Shown here: piece by piece, positions 1 through 9,796 of the stretch
How positions within the stretch are numbered: the stretch's first letter is position 1
Layout of the letters: every line of letters begins with the position of its first letter
NCBI GenBank assembly: GCA_041690295.1
Contig: JAWLHR010000008.1
Span: forward strand, 58,215 to 122,214
Length of the DNA stretch: 64,000 bases
From: Bdellovibrionales bacterium
Lineage (GTDB): Bacteria; Bdellovibrionota; Bdellovibrionia; Bdellovibrionales; UBA1609
Direction of reading: 5' to 3'
Notes under the pieces: generated by a model
Seen by the model: only the letters and a program-made list of their open reading frames with translations
What the model was told of the DNA's origin: nothing
Database searches by the model: none
Made by a program: the position numbers and the translations under genes

Positions 1-338
1 CGCCAGGTGTTGCGCGGCTCGATTTTTTCCAACCGTTCAATCCAAGCGCGGGCGACGATTCCGCTCATCTCTTCATCGCCATGGATCAATGATTTGGCGA
101 AAATTCTTTTGCCGTTTTTCGCCGTGCCCAATTTATCATAATGAAAGATGGGCTCACCCTTGACGCTCGTGCAGCCTTCAAGAACCTGGACTTTCGCGCA
201 GGCGCTCTTGAGGTCAGTGAGATCCTTGTTACCCTTGATTTTCTGCATTTGAGTTATGCAGTACTCCGATATCGAAGTTTCGGGAGCCTTTTCCTCGGCG
301 AAGGCCGTCAAGGCCATGAGTAGAAACAAAAAATGCAT
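1..338 (-). CDS. Secreted M14-family zinc peptidase, MpaA-like (partial, runs off window start)
   Basis: Manually translated, not in the ORF track: MHFLFLLMALTAFAEE...KRIFAKSLIHGDEEMSG...; signal peptide plus HGDE zinc-binding motif of M14/MpaA. Confidence 0.7.
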   Translation of the reverse strand, partial: MHFLFLLMALTAFAEEKAPETSISEYCITQMQKIKGNKDLTDLKSACAKVQVLEGCTSVKGEPIFHYDKLGTAKNGKRIFAKSLIHGDEEMSGIVARAWIERLEKIEPRNTW

Positions 339-378
339 TTCCCCTATTGTTATGGTTCAGCGGGCTTGAGTCAATGTT

Positions 379-1947
379 TCAAGGACATCCGAATGAGGAC
401 AAATCGGTCGATTGCGCGCCCTTCGTGAGCGGATACTCTTCATTGATTTTTTGCACTAAGCGATGGAGATCCAAGCGGTTTCCATCTTTGAAGAAGGGCG
501 CGAGGTCCTGGCTTTTGGCGGCCGACGCGAGAAGCAGTCTCTCCACTTCCTGAGGCGTTGGCGCGATTTTGTACGCTTCTCGAATCAAACCAATGGTCAA
601 ACCCGCGGCGGCGGTCACCTGCGGTCCCGCCTGTGAGGTGCCGGCGAGCCGGCCATACGAGGAGAGGCGAGTGGGGAGCGTGGAGTAAATCCCCGTCAAT
701 CCCTGCTCGGCGCCCGGCGCTCCGATTTCCGCGTACGTGGTGCTGAAGTGACTGAACAGGCTTTTCTGACCTGTGCGCACGTCAAATGAGCCGACTCCGA
801 TCACGCCCGCCTTGGTGGAATAAATCGCGGGAATTGAGGTTAATGTGGTGCCGTTCACTTCACGTCCGTTTTCGCCCGGATCCGAATTGCCGATCACGGT
901 GATCACGGTCACGCCGCGATTGACCGCCTCCGTCAGCGCGGTTTCGGCCAAGGCGTCAGTGGCCGATCCATTCACGATTCGGCCAAGACTTAAATTGATG
1001 ACATGGGCGCCGTTCAGATAAGCAAACTGGATCGCATTATAAACATGCTGAGAAGAGGTGAACTCCTCGCCGGTCAAAGGATCCGTTTCGAAAACCTTGA
1101 TGCTCATGATTTGCCCGCGAAAAGGCATGGTGCCGGTGATACCGATGGTGTTGTCCGAGGCGGCCGCGATGATTCCCGCCACATGGGTGCCATGACCGAT
1201 GGCCGAGGGATCCGTCGGATTATAATCCACGTTTCCGCCCAGCGTGGTGATGTCGATGCCGATACCTTGATTGTGGCGCCACATGTTCGCCTGCAAGTCC
1301 AGGTGCGCATAATCCACGCCCGTGTCGATCACCGCCATGATGACCGGATCACCGGTGCGTTTCATTCCCGCCGATTCGCCGTAGGCGAGGGAATAGGCCG
1401 CCGAAGCATTAATGGCTTCAAGATGGGATTGGTTAATGCTTTGGCTGTCGTTAAAGGCATGCAAGCGGTAACTTTGATTCCACGACAATCCGATCACGCA
1501 AGGATCGGCGTCCGCGAGAGCTTCAATTTCCGAAATGGAGTATTCCCGATCCAGGTTCCATGCGTAGATTTGGCGTTCCAGCGCTTCGAGCTTCTGTTCG
1601 CTTAAAGAGCCGATCCATTCCGAGGGGCAGGAATTCAGCGCGAGAACACCCAATTCGGCGCCTGGAGGAAGAGTGGAATCCGATTCGAGAGTTTTTTGCG
1701 ATTGGGTGGACAGACCTTGCGGAAGAGTGTCGAGAATCACCTTTCGCTCGGAAAAAGGAGTGTGTTTCGCGAAAGCCTCGAACGGAGTGACCTCGCCCTT
1801 GTATAACCCGGCTTTGCATTGGGTCTGGCTTCGGGCGGACATGAAGCCCTTGCTGCTCAACAGGCCGGCCTGACAGGAGTTATAAACCAAAGGGATCAAA
1901 AGCGATAGGGCCACGGGCGCTACAACTTTTGAAAGCGAACGACTCAC
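379..1947 (-). CDS. S8 family (subtilisin-like) serine peptidase, exported/lipoprotein
   Basis: Triad motifs AVIDTG, HGTHVAG, GTSQA; N-terminal hydrophobic stretch ending VYNSC. Confidence 0.92.
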   Translation of the reverse strand: MSRSLSKVVAPVALSLLIPLVYNSCQAGLLSSKGFMSARSQTQCKAGLYKGEVTPFEAFAKHTPFSERKVILDTLPQGLSTQSQKTLESDSTLPPGAELGVLALNSCPSEWIGSLSEQKLEALERQIYAWNLDREYSISEIEALADADPCVIGLSWNQSYRLHAFNDSQSINQSHLEAINASAAYSLAYGESAGMKRTGDPVIMAVIDTGVDYAHLDLQANMWRHNQGIGIDITTLGGNVDYNPTDPSAIGHGTHVAGIIAAASDNTIGITGTMPFRGQIMSIKVFETDPLTGEEFTSSQHVYNAIQFAYLNGAHVINLSLGRIVNGSATDALAETALTEAVNRGVTVITVIGNSDPGENGREVNGTTLTSIPAIYSTKAGVIGVGSFDVRTGQKSLFSHFSTTYAEIGAPGAEQGLTGIYSTLPTRLSSYGRLAGTSQAGPQVTAAAGLTIGLIREAYKIAPTPQEVERLLLASAAKSQDLAPFFKDGNRLDLHRLVQKINEEYPLTKGAQSTDLSSFGCP

Positions 1948-2011
1948 GCTTACATTCTCCGCGATACTAAGAGATTAACACGGGCGGAGGTGAGTTTCGT
2001 AGGGGGGCGTC

Positions 2012-4069
2012 TCAATTTGAATCACTTCCAGTGGGTTTAGTGGCGGTCAGCTCGATATCTTCTTTCAGGCGGTTCTCGGAAATCGTTTCGATGAAAATAC
2101 CAAGGTCCATGTTTTGCACCAGGATCTGCCAGAACGAATCCGCTGAAATGCTGAACAAGACGCTGGGTTCGCGGGTGGTGATCGTGGCGGTTCGGGCGAT
2201 GTTGGAAATCAGAGCGATTTCACCAAAGAAGTTGCCCTGGCCGAGGGATTTCACTTTCTTCCCGTTCACCAGGATATCGACCGACCCCCGAAGAATCATA
2301 TAAAGGCTATCGCCGCGATCCCCCTGGTAAAAAACCGTCTGATTGGCGTTGTAATATTCCAAGGAGCCGCGGCTGGAAATAAAGTCCACCGCTTCGGCGT
2401 TCAAGCTTCTAAACACGGGTGAGGCGGCGAAAAATTGGTTCACCAGGATGGCGTTTTTGAAATCCTCGATTTGGCGAATGGTCTGGGCTTCTTCCGCCAC
2501 TTTGCGAAGCAGATGAACCGGAACTTTTAAAAGCGTGGCCTCGGATTCAGTGACCACGCGACTGGGCGAGGGCGACCCGTCGGCCAGGGCCGATTCGCCG
2601 AGAACCGAGTTGGGGCCCAGCTCAAGCACCCATTCCTCGGTCTCATCTTCATTGGACCGGATCACTTCAACTGAACCTTCAAGCAACACATATAAGTCGT
2701 TGGAAACTTCATTTTGCCGAACCACTTGGGCGCCCTCGCGGAAGGTGAGGACTTCCGATCCGGCGATGATTTCGTCCATGTATTGACCATGGAAATGAGA
2801 AAAGAGCGGTAAGTTTTCAAGAACGTTCGCGATGTCGGAGGTGGACCACTGTTTTTCGCGCGACAGACGTTGAAAACGAAGTTTTATCGGCTCCAAATAG
2901 GGATGGATCAGATTCAAAAAGACCTTTTCCAAAGCCGTGCGGGTGACGTAGAAAACACATCCGATCCAAGCCAGAGCGGAAATCAGATGGGTCCAGGAAT
3001 TGGAACTCCAGTGCGTTAAGCTTTCCAAGATCGGGCCGCCGAAATGAATCAGGAATTCATGGAGCACGACCATGGCCATGGTCAACCAAAGCGCCCCCCA
3101 GACCGAACAAATCACGGAAAAACGGCGATCCTGCGCTTTCAATTCGGGGCTCATGGTATTGAAAAGAACGCTTTTTTCAAAGTGCCAGGACATCACTTCA
3201 CGATCGTTGGGGATCAAAAAGTGACGGAGAAGTTTTCGCCCTTCCGTGTTGAAGAAGGGATTCAGTTCCCATCCGCTTGCGATCAAAGCGGTGATTAATA
3301 AGCGGGTGAAGTTGTCTTGATCCAGAAAATAAGAGGAAGCGTAAACCAAGGCCCAGGGCGAAAGAATCTGGCTGATATGGAACATTGCCGTGTAGAGCCG
3401 GTTTTCCGGAGAGAAGTTCGCCTCATCGCCGACGTGCAAGTGCACGCCCCAAAGACTTAAACGCAAGGACACGTTGTACGCTTTACCGGTCAAAAGCAGG
3501 AGTTGAATTCCGCAAAGAATGAAGCGGATCGTGAGAACCACGGAGCTGAACGCGAATAATGAAAGCAGCGCCGGCCAAAATGAAATTTCGCTTGACCAGG
3601 CCTTGAGTAGACTCACCGGGGCGCTGGGAAAATGTTGAAGCCCCAGAATGGAGAGCACCAGTGTGGCCAAAGTCAGCGCATAAAAACCCACCGGGGATTT
3701 TTGATCGGTGACAATCCGTTGTCCGAACCGCCAGGATAAATGCCATTTGCTCCGCCGGGGAGCCACCCACGAATCAAGATGGGAACTCAGAGTGAGATCG
3801 TCACCGTTTTCAAAAAAACCGCCTTGATGAAAGCTATGAATGGCGGAAAGAATCCACTTGAACGGGACGGCTCCTTGCTTGCGATAAATCTTTTCAACGA
3901 TTTCGCGAACCGTGAATTGGCCGCTGCACAAAAGAACCAGATCGGCGAGAGCCATCGGCAGGACGATTTGATTGTACGGGTTATCCGTCTCGAAAATGAT
4001 CCGTGAGCCTTGCGGGATCACGCGGCCGGGGCGCAGTCGCGGTCGGAAATTCTCCAATCCGGTCTTCAT
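2012..4069 (-). CDS. Membrane protein with degenerate M50-like region and two C-terminal cyclic-nucleotide-binding domains
   Basis: cNMP motifs LYVLLEGSV...LGESAL and LYMILRGSV...FFGEIALI...RTAT; several TM helices; ELNPFFNTEG resembles the M50 NLxP...DG motif. Confidence 0.8.
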   Translation of the reverse strand: MKTGLENFRPRLRPGRVIPQGSRIIFETDNPYNQIVLPMALADLVLLCSGQFTVREIVEKIYRKQGAVPFKWILSAIHSFHQGGFFENGDDLTLSSHLDSWVAPRRSKWHLSWRFGQRIVTDQKSPVGFYALTLATLVLSILGLQHFPSAPVSLLKAWSSEISFWPALLSLFAFSSVVLTIRFILCGIQLLLLTGKAYNVSLRLSLWGVHLHVGDEANFSPENRLYTAMFHISQILSPWALVYASSYFLDQDNFTRLLITALIASGWELNPFFNTEGRKLLRHFLIPNDREVMSWHFEKSVLFNTMSPELKAQDRRFSVICSVWGALWLTMAMVVLHEFLIHFGGPILESLTHWSSNSWTHLISALAWIGCVFYVTRTALEKVFLNLIHPYLEPIKLRFQRLSREKQWSTSDIANVLENLPLFSHFHGQYMDEIIAGSEVLTFREGAQVVRQNEVSNDLYVLLEGSVEVIRSNEDETEEWVLELGPNSVLGESALADGSPSPSRVVTESEATLLKVPVHLLRKVAEEAQTIRQIEDFKNAILVNQFFAASPVFRSLNAEAVDFISSRGSLEYYNANQTVFYQGDRGDSLYMILRGSVDILVNGKKVKSLGQGNFFGEIALISNIARTATITTREPSVLFSISADSFWQILVQNMDLGIFIETISENRLKEDIELTATKPTGSDSN

Positions 4070-4764
4070 AGCCGCCCCTCGAAGTAAAGGGATTGAAGTC
4101 GTTTGAGAAGCTCACGGCAGCGCTCGCTCGCTTGCGGGATATTGGCCATGAAAATCAAAATGGCTTCGAACTCAAGGGGGGACACGTAATACTTCTTTTC
4201 GATCTTCGGCCAAAAGTGGCGCGTGATCGTGTACTCGCGGCCGAGCAGATTCAAGCCGGCGATGATCGTTCCCGCCTTGTTGATAACCAATGAGTCGCCG
4301 TGCACGGATGTGTAGATTTCCTCGGCATCCAGTTGAATCCGTTGATGGGGGTGATCCACCGGCCGCATGGCGGTTCCCCGAATGCCCGGGACAATGGCTT
4401 TGCTGATGGCTTCGGCGCGATCCGGATTTAAATTCAAAAACTGAACGTGCACTCTGGGATTCACACGGGCCACGATTCGCGAGCGCACGATTTGTTCACC
4501 GTCGGGCCAGATCAAACGGAATTCAACTTCATTTCCGGTTTGTTGCTCAAGACGGTCCTCGACATCGAGTAAGCAAACTCCGCCCACACTGACGTCTTGA
4601 ACGGGAACGGAATAAGAGCCATAGAACACGCTGGGTAACGAGGAAAGATTTTGGCTTGGATACTTGGCGCGCGGATTTTTACGGCGTTCAACACCAAGTT
4701 GTGACGCGTACTCGTGCACCTGGTACACGGATCCGTGTTGTTTCCGGCGAAGGCTCCAAGACAT
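4066..4764 (-). CDS. PilZ domain protein (c-di-GMP receptor)
   Basis: RRKNPR (RxxxR) and DVSVGG (DxSxxG); 4-nt overlap with the downstream cNMP gene. Confidence 0.85.
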   Translation of the reverse strand: MSWSLRRKQHGSVYQVHEYASQLGVERRKNPRAKYPSQNLSSLPSVFYGSYSVPVQDVSVGGVCLLDVEDRLEQQTGNEVEFRLIWPDGEQIVRSRIVARVNPRVHVQFLNLNPDRAEAISKAIVPGIRGTAMRPVDHPHQRIQLDAEEIYTSVHGDSLVINKAGTIIAGLNLLGREYTITRHFWPKIEKKYYVSPLEFEAILIFMANIPQASERCRELLKRLQSLYFEGRL

Positions 4765-4770
4765 AGATTT

Positions 4771-4798
4771 TTTTCGGGTTTTTTAAAGCCGAGATTTA
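4771..4798 (-). promoter_or_regulatory. Putative sigma28/FliA promoter
   Basis: TAAA-N16-CCCGAAAA, ending 6 nt before the PilZ ATG. Confidence 0.45.
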
Positions 4799-4840
4799 GA
4801 GCCGGGGCCGGCAATATGGACTTACGTCGGAACCTCGGAT

Positions 4841-5200
4841 ATGCAAAAAAGGATGTGGCTGCTTTTGGGATGGCTCTTTCTTGGTATAGGTGTGATCGGC
4901 GCGTTCGTGCCGGTCATGCCCACGGTGCCGTTCCTGTTGGTCGCGGCGTTTTGTTTTGAACGGGGCTCCCCGAAACTTCATCGCTGGCTCATGTCGCATC
5001 CTCGTCTGGGGCCGCCTCTGCAGGACTGGCGTAATCGGCGTGTGATCCGGCCCATGGCGAAACTTCTGGCCGTCACCGCCATGGCCACCAGCTGCAGCTA
5101 CGTACAGTTTTTTACCGAAACGCCTGAACCTTTGCGATGGACGATGTTTTCGGTTATGGCCTTGGTTGCGGCTTTTATTTTGACCCGAAAGAGTTCATAG
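4841..5200 (+). CDS. YbaN/DUF454 family inner-membrane protein
   Basis: GVIGAFVPVMPTVPFLLVAAFCF...SPKLHRWL signature. Confidence 0.9.
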   Translation: MQKRMWLLLGWLFLGIGVIGAFVPVMPTVPFLLVAAFCFERGSPKLHRWLMSHPRLGPPLQDWRNRRVIRPMAKLLAVTAMATSCSYVQFFTETPEPLRWTMFSVMALVAAFILTRKSS

Positions 5201-5782
5201 ATGGCGTTTAATCCAAAGGATCGTTTTTTTCACAAAGCCAAAGCGGAAGGTTATTTGGCGCGTTCGGCTTACAAACTGGAAGAGCTTCAGCGCAAATACA
5301 AACTGATGCGGGCAGGGGATTTGGTTTTGGACTTAGGAGCCGCCCCTGGGGCCTGGAGCCAGGTGGCGCTCAAGCACATCGGGTCCAACGGCATGGTGAT
5401 CGGCCTGGATTTAAAAGTTGTTTCGATGAAAGATCCGCGCGCCACTTTTTATCAGATGGATGCGTTTAACTTCGATCCCGCGATTCTCAAAGGCCGCCAG
5501 GTGGATTGTCTGCTCAGTGATATGGCGCCCAACACCACCGGCGCGCGATCCGTGGATCAGGCCCGAAGTCTCGCCTTGGCCGAACAGGTTTTGAATCTGG
5601 CACATCAACATTTGCGGCCCAAGGGCCATTGCGTATTGAAGATTTTCGAAGGACCTGACACCAAAACCATTGATCAACAGATGCGGAAAATGTTCGAAAC
5701 CGTACAACGATCGAAACCCGAAGCGGTTCGTAAAGGAAGCTTCGAATTTTACCTGGTGGGGCTTGGATTTCGTCCTGCCTGA
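5201..5782 (+). CDS. rlmE: 23S rRNA Um2552 methyltransferase RlmE/FtsJ
   Basis: RSAYKL, LDLGAAPGAW, SDMAPN, KIFEG, KPEA motifs. Confidence 0.93.
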   Translation: MAFNPKDRFFHKAKAEGYLARSAYKLEELQRKYKLMRAGDLVLDLGAAPGAWSQVALKHIGSNGMVIGLDLKVVSMKDPRATFYQMDAFNFDPAILKGRQVDCLLSDMAPNTTGARSVDQARSLALAEQVLNLAHQHLRPKGHCVLKIFEGPDTKTIDQQMRKMFETVQRSKPEAVRKGSFEFYLVGLGFRPA

Positions 5783-5808
5783 TAAGTTATATTATGTTCC
5801 AAAGCCGG

Positions 5809-6333
5809 CTAAAGACCTGGGCGAGTGAGGATGTCCATGCAACGCTTTAACTTGATCCGAAACGCCCGCCGAAGCAATAAACGATAGGCATCATTCCTCG
5901 CGTTGCGAAGTCTCGTGGCGCATCGGCGAAGAACCTCCGCCTTTTGATCATAGCCGACGATGGGTCCAGCTCGAATCAAAGTCATTTCCTCTTGAGCTTT
6001 GTCGAGCCAATCCACCAATGGATCCGGTGGTGCTTCGGGATTGATCTGCAATTCGGCGAAGGCTCGTCGCCTTGCCGCTTCCGCCAGGCGGATTTTTTCT
6101 TGGGTCAGAAATAAGGCGGCCTGTTTTTCCTGTTCGGTCGAATAAATATATTTCGTGGCTTCGAACTCGCGAATCGCATCCCGCAATTCCGCCTCGATCG
6201 CCCGATTGTATCGCCCGACCCTCAATAATTCTTGGTTGGAAATTTCAGGGGGAGCTTCCGGCGGTCTTGGTTGCGCCAAAAGCGATCGGGGCATGGTGAC
6301 AAACAACGAGAACACCAGGAAACACAAGAACAT
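5809..6333 (-). CDS. Hypothetical secreted helical protein
   Basis: 174-aa ORF with signal-like N-terminus; C-terminus KRCMDILTRPGL. Confidence 0.6.
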   Translation of the reverse strand: MFLCFLVFSLFVTMPRSLLAQPRPPEAPPEISNQELLRVGRYNRAIEAELRDAIREFEATKYIYSTEQEKQAALFLTQEKIRLAEAARRRAFAELQINPEAPPDPLVDWLDKAQEEMTLIRAGPIVGYDQKAEVLRRCATRLRNARNDAYRLLLRRAFRIKLKRCMDILTRPGL

Positions 6334-6364
6334 ACCCGCGAAAGGTTCATGATTTATGCCAAAG

Positions 6365-7636
6365 CTAAATGATTCGATAGCTCTTCAATTCCTTGAAGAG
6401 CGTTTCGATGGCGGTTTTACACACCACGACGGTTGGAATGGCGAACAACATTCCCCAAAGTCCGGCTAAAAGTGAACCACTGACGATGGCGATAATCACC
6501 ACCAAGGGATGCACATTCACCGCTTTTCCAAGCACGATCGGCGCATAAACGGCATTGTCCAAAACTTGGGTGATACCCACCCAAATGAGGACGTAAAGGG
6601 CCAGGTCATCGGGATTCAGTCCGGGGATGACCGGAGTCACGTTTTCCGCGATGAGCGCGTAACCCAGGCCGATCACGAACGCGAAAATCGTTCCCAGAAA
6701 CGGAATGGCGTTCACCAGACCGGAGATCACGCCGATCGCGATCGCCACCCCGACCGGAATGCCGACCAAAATAAATCCAATGGTCAGAGTGAGTCCGACC
6801 AAAAAGCATTCCATCAAAGTGCCGCGCAGATAATTCCCGATCGCCTCTTCCAGTTCATCGATGATGGTTAAAGACAATTCGAAGTAGCGATTGGGAACGA
6901 GACCGATGAAATAACGGCGCATTTGTCCGTTATCGAAGCCCAAAAATATGAAGATCAAGGGAGCTAGAATCCAAATTGAAAGTTCATCATGAAGGGACTT
7001 CTTTTTCATCGCCGGAGCCTGGACTTGGGTTGGTTGCGAGCCTGTTTCCTTTGTTTCGGTGACGTAATGGCCGGTGGTCGAGCTGGCCAGGAAGTATTCA
7101 TAGAACCGGTCCTCGATCGGCTCCTCGCCCTTGTAACCGTTGCGGTATTTGAGAAATAATTCTTTCTCTTCGTGATCCAAGTCCAGATAGTGGTTCAGTT
7201 CGTCCATGATCGGCCCCGCCTCATTGGCGATCACCTGGGCGATCAATCCCCGCTCTTCCGCTTTGGTTCCCGCGATTTGTTGAAACTTTTCATTCAGCTT
7301 GTACTTCAAGCGGACCTTGAGCTCGAGTTTTTGTTTTTCACCGGGGATGTGCTTGGCCACCGTGCTGAAAATAAAAAACAGAACAAGACCTATGGCGGCG
7401 AACGAGCAAAGCACCTGCAATTCATGCGGTAACCAAGGAAGGTTAAAGCGTTCCTTCACGGGCCGGAACAGGAACGCCAAAAGCGCGCCCACCACGATGG
7501 GAAGAAGAAGGCTGCTCAGCTTCCAGGCGAGAAAGCAAGCAACCACGAACGCCACGCCGGCGAAGGCGAAGTGAAAAATCTGGCGCCGGCGTTTTCGCTC
7601 TTGTTCTTTGATCACGAAATCCTGGCTTCGCTTCAT
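6365..7636 (-). CDS. AI-2E family transporter
   Basis: GNYLRG, NAIPFLG, P.VLGKAVNVHPL, GLWGMLFAIP motifs; multiple TM helices. Confidence 0.9.
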   Translation of the reverse strand: MKRSQDFVIKEQERKRRRQIFHFAFAGVAFVVACFLAWKLSSLLLPIVVGALLAFLFRPVKERFNLPWLPHELQVLCSFAAIGLVLFFIFSTVAKHIPGEKQKLELKVRLKYKLNEKFQQIAGTKAEERGLIAQVIANEAGPIMDELNHYLDLDHEEKELFLKYRNGYKGEEPIEDRFYEYFLASSTTGHYVTETKETGSQPTQVQAPAMKKKSLHDELSIWILAPLIFIFLGFDNGQMRRYFIGLVPNRYFELSLTIIDELEEAIGNYLRGTLMECFLVGLTLTIGFILVGIPVGVAIAIGVISGLVNAIPFLGTIFAFVIGLGYALIAENVTPVIPGLNPDDLALYVLIWVGITQVLDNAVYAPIVLGKAVNVHPLVVIIAIVSGSLLAGLWGMLFAIPTVVVCKTAIETLFKELKSYRII

Positions 7637-8178
7637 GCGGCGACCTTGGCTCCGGGAAGGACGACTTCCGCCTGAACAAGTTCGTTGGTGGAGCGCAGTC
7701 GATCACCCACGATGCGCGCCAGTGCCCGGTAAATCTGGCAGGCGGTTTCCGGGTTGGTTTCAATCAAACGATGCAAATCATTCCGGTAAAGGGCTAAAGT
7801 CCGGGTCCGCTCCACGGCGCGGGCGCAGGCGGAGCGCGGTGTTCCGTCAAGCAACGCCATTTCGCCGAAGAACGAGCCTTTTTCCAAGGTCGCCAGTTTC
7901 GTCGTGTACTTTTCGCGGTGAATTTCAACCGAAACTTGACCGCTCATGATCAAAAACAGCGCGGCCCCCGGCTGGCCTTCCTCGAAAATCAATTCATTGG
8001 GTTCATAGGTTCGTTCAAAGACGATATCCGAAACCGTTTTTAACTGCCAGTTGGTCAGTTCATTGAAGAAAGGAACGGTTTTCAAAAATTGAATGCGGTC
8101 GAGTTCCGGACTGGAGCGCTTCCACCGGTTCAATGTTTCCCACAAGATTTTGTCGGCGACGATTTTACGAACGGACAT
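7633..8178 (-). CDS. Stand-alone cyclic-nucleotide-binding domain protein
   Basis: IFEEGQPG, FFGEMALL, PRSA; no C-terminal HTH; ATGA overlap with the AI-2E gene. Confidence 0.9.
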   Translation of the reverse strand: MSVRKIVADKILWETLNRWKRSSPELDRIQFLKTVPFFNELTNWQLKTVSDIVFERTYEPNELIFEEGQPGAALFLIMSGQVSVEIHREKYTTKLATLEKGSFFGEMALLDGTPRSACARAVERTRTLALYRNDLHRLIETNPETACQIYRALARIVGDRLRSTNELVQAEVVLPGAKVAA

Positions 8179-8226
8179 CAGGCCTCCGGAAACCTGATGG
8201 GCTTATCGGAGTTTCACAGTGGAAAA

Positions 8227-8634
8227 TCACTCCGTCGTTGGGCCAGACTCCAAATACCGGGACCAGGGTTTTCTATCCGCCGCGAGCAGCGGATAGTTCT
8301 CCACTTCCCGTTTCGGTACCCAGGAGAAATGGCGCACGTCCGCGGTGGCCTGTGGCGTGTTTTTCGCCTTGGTGACGAAAACTTTCAGATCGATCCAACC
8401 CCAGTCGTACTGATGGGGGAATTCCCCGAGAAAGCGGACAATTTCCACTTCAAGATTCAACTCTTCCCTTAACTCCCGCTTAAGCGCCGCTTCCGGACTT
8501 TCGCCGGACTCGATTTTTCCCCCCGGAAACTCCCATAATCCCGCCGACGACTTGCCGGGCGGGCGCTCGGCGATCAGCACGCGCTCGCCGTTTTCTTCTT
8601 CGATGATCGCGGCCACCACTTGCAAGCGTTTCAT
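8227..8634 (-). CDS. NUDIX hydrolase, MutT/NudG-like
   Basis: WEFPGGKIESGESPEAALKRELREEL Nudix box. Confidence 0.92.
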   Translation of the reverse strand: MKRLQVVAAIIEEENGERVLIAERPPGKSSAGLWEFPGGKIESGESPEAALKRELREELNLEVEIVRFLGEFPHQYDWGWIDLKVFVTKAKNTPQATADVRHFSWVPKREVENYPLLAADRKPWSRYLESGPTTE

Positions 8635-9224
8635 TTTTGCTGAACGAGAAACTCAAGGATTTTGGTCATGGCCTGGACCGCATGATCCAGCGGCATCTTG
8701 AATGATTTTTCGAAGACGGAATCCGTCTGGACATCGACCAGAGGTAAATGAAGAAATCCGGCCTGTTTTCCATTGGATCGGGCCCAATGGCAAAGATGGT
8801 ACATGAGACCATTGCAAACAAAAGTTCCGGCGGAATAGGACCGGCTCCACGATTTGTCCGCCTCGATTCGCGACCAGGGAATATTGGACCAGATTACATC
8901 AGGCTCCCCTTCAAGTACGGGTTTGCATGTGATGACTTCACCCCGATTATCAGCGGTGGCCGAGTCCAGCCAATTGAGCGCCACGCATTCAAGCGACAGG
9001 TTGGAGCGTGACTCCGCCTGACCTAAGGCAAGAACTCCGTCCACTTCACTCTTTTCGATCGCTTGTTTTAAAGCCGGCCAACTTCCCGAATACGTGACCG
9101 GCAAGGGGGCGGTGAACTGAATCTGCCCGTCCCAAGACATCGCCTTTAGTTTTTCGCAGACGATTTGAGACGAATTGGTTTTCGCTCCGTTAAAGGGTTC
9201 AAAGCAGCTGATCAGCCATTTCAT
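8631..9224 (-). CDS. pcp: Pyroglutamyl-peptidase I (C15)
   Basis: FEPF...NSS, GQA, SAGTFVCN (catalytic Cys), FLHLP. Confidence 0.88.
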   Translation of the reverse strand: MKWLISCFEPFNGAKTNSSQIVCEKLKAMSWDGQIQFTAPLPVTYSGSWPALKQAIEKSEVDGVLALGQAESRSNLSLECVALNWLDSATADNRGEVITCKPVLEGEPDVIWSNIPWSRIEADKSWSRSYSAGTFVCNGLMYHLCHWARSNGKQAGFLHLPLVDVQTDSVFEKSFKMPLDHAVQAMTKILEFLVQQK

Positions 9225-9796
9225 ACCAAGGCGCCGAGTTTGGAATTGGCATCCAGTTTCTGTGATTTCAGTGCCTTTATAAAGAGAGGGAACTCACGGC
9301 ATTGGATATCGAGCAATTCGGCAAGTGGTTCATCTATGATCTCACCGTTTTTGAGTATGGCTTTGATGTTATTCAGGAATACCCGCATTGGGAAGACGTA
9401 ACCGTTACGGTAACCGATGACGTGCTGAAGATGTTCCACGGGACGAAGACCGCCCCAGCGGCCGCCCAAGCCCACGAAAGCGAAGGGCCTGTGCTCGAAG
9501 GTTTTGGGATAATCCCAATAATCGATAAATAATTTTAATATACCTGGATAGGAACCATTGTATTCCGGCACCACCAAAACCACTCCGTCGGCCTGGGTCA
9601 CCCGATCGACGGCGGCTTTCATGGTTCCTTTGGGCCCTTTGTAATATCCGCCTTGCTCCAGTTCGCCGAGATTGAGATCCATGAGATCTAAAATTTGCGC
9701 GGAAACATTATGTTTCGCATAAATCTGGCGCAGGATTTCGGCCACTCGGCGAGTGTTTGAATCCGGCCGGTCGGTTCCAGAGATGATTTCGATCAT
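9221..9796 (-). CDS. NAD(P)H-dependent FMN reductase
   Basis: ISGTDR..SNT and PEYNGSYPGILK motifs. Confidence 0.9.
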   Translation of the reverse strand: MIEIISGTDRPDSNTRRVAEILRQIYAKHNVSAQILDLMDLNLGELEQGGYYKGPKGTMKAAVDRVTQADGVVLVVPEYNGSYPGILKLFIDYWDYPKTFEHRPFAFVGLGGRWGGLRPVEHLQHVIGYRNGYVFPMRVFLNNIKAILKNGEIIDEPLAELLDIQCREFPLFIKALKSQKLDANSKLGALV

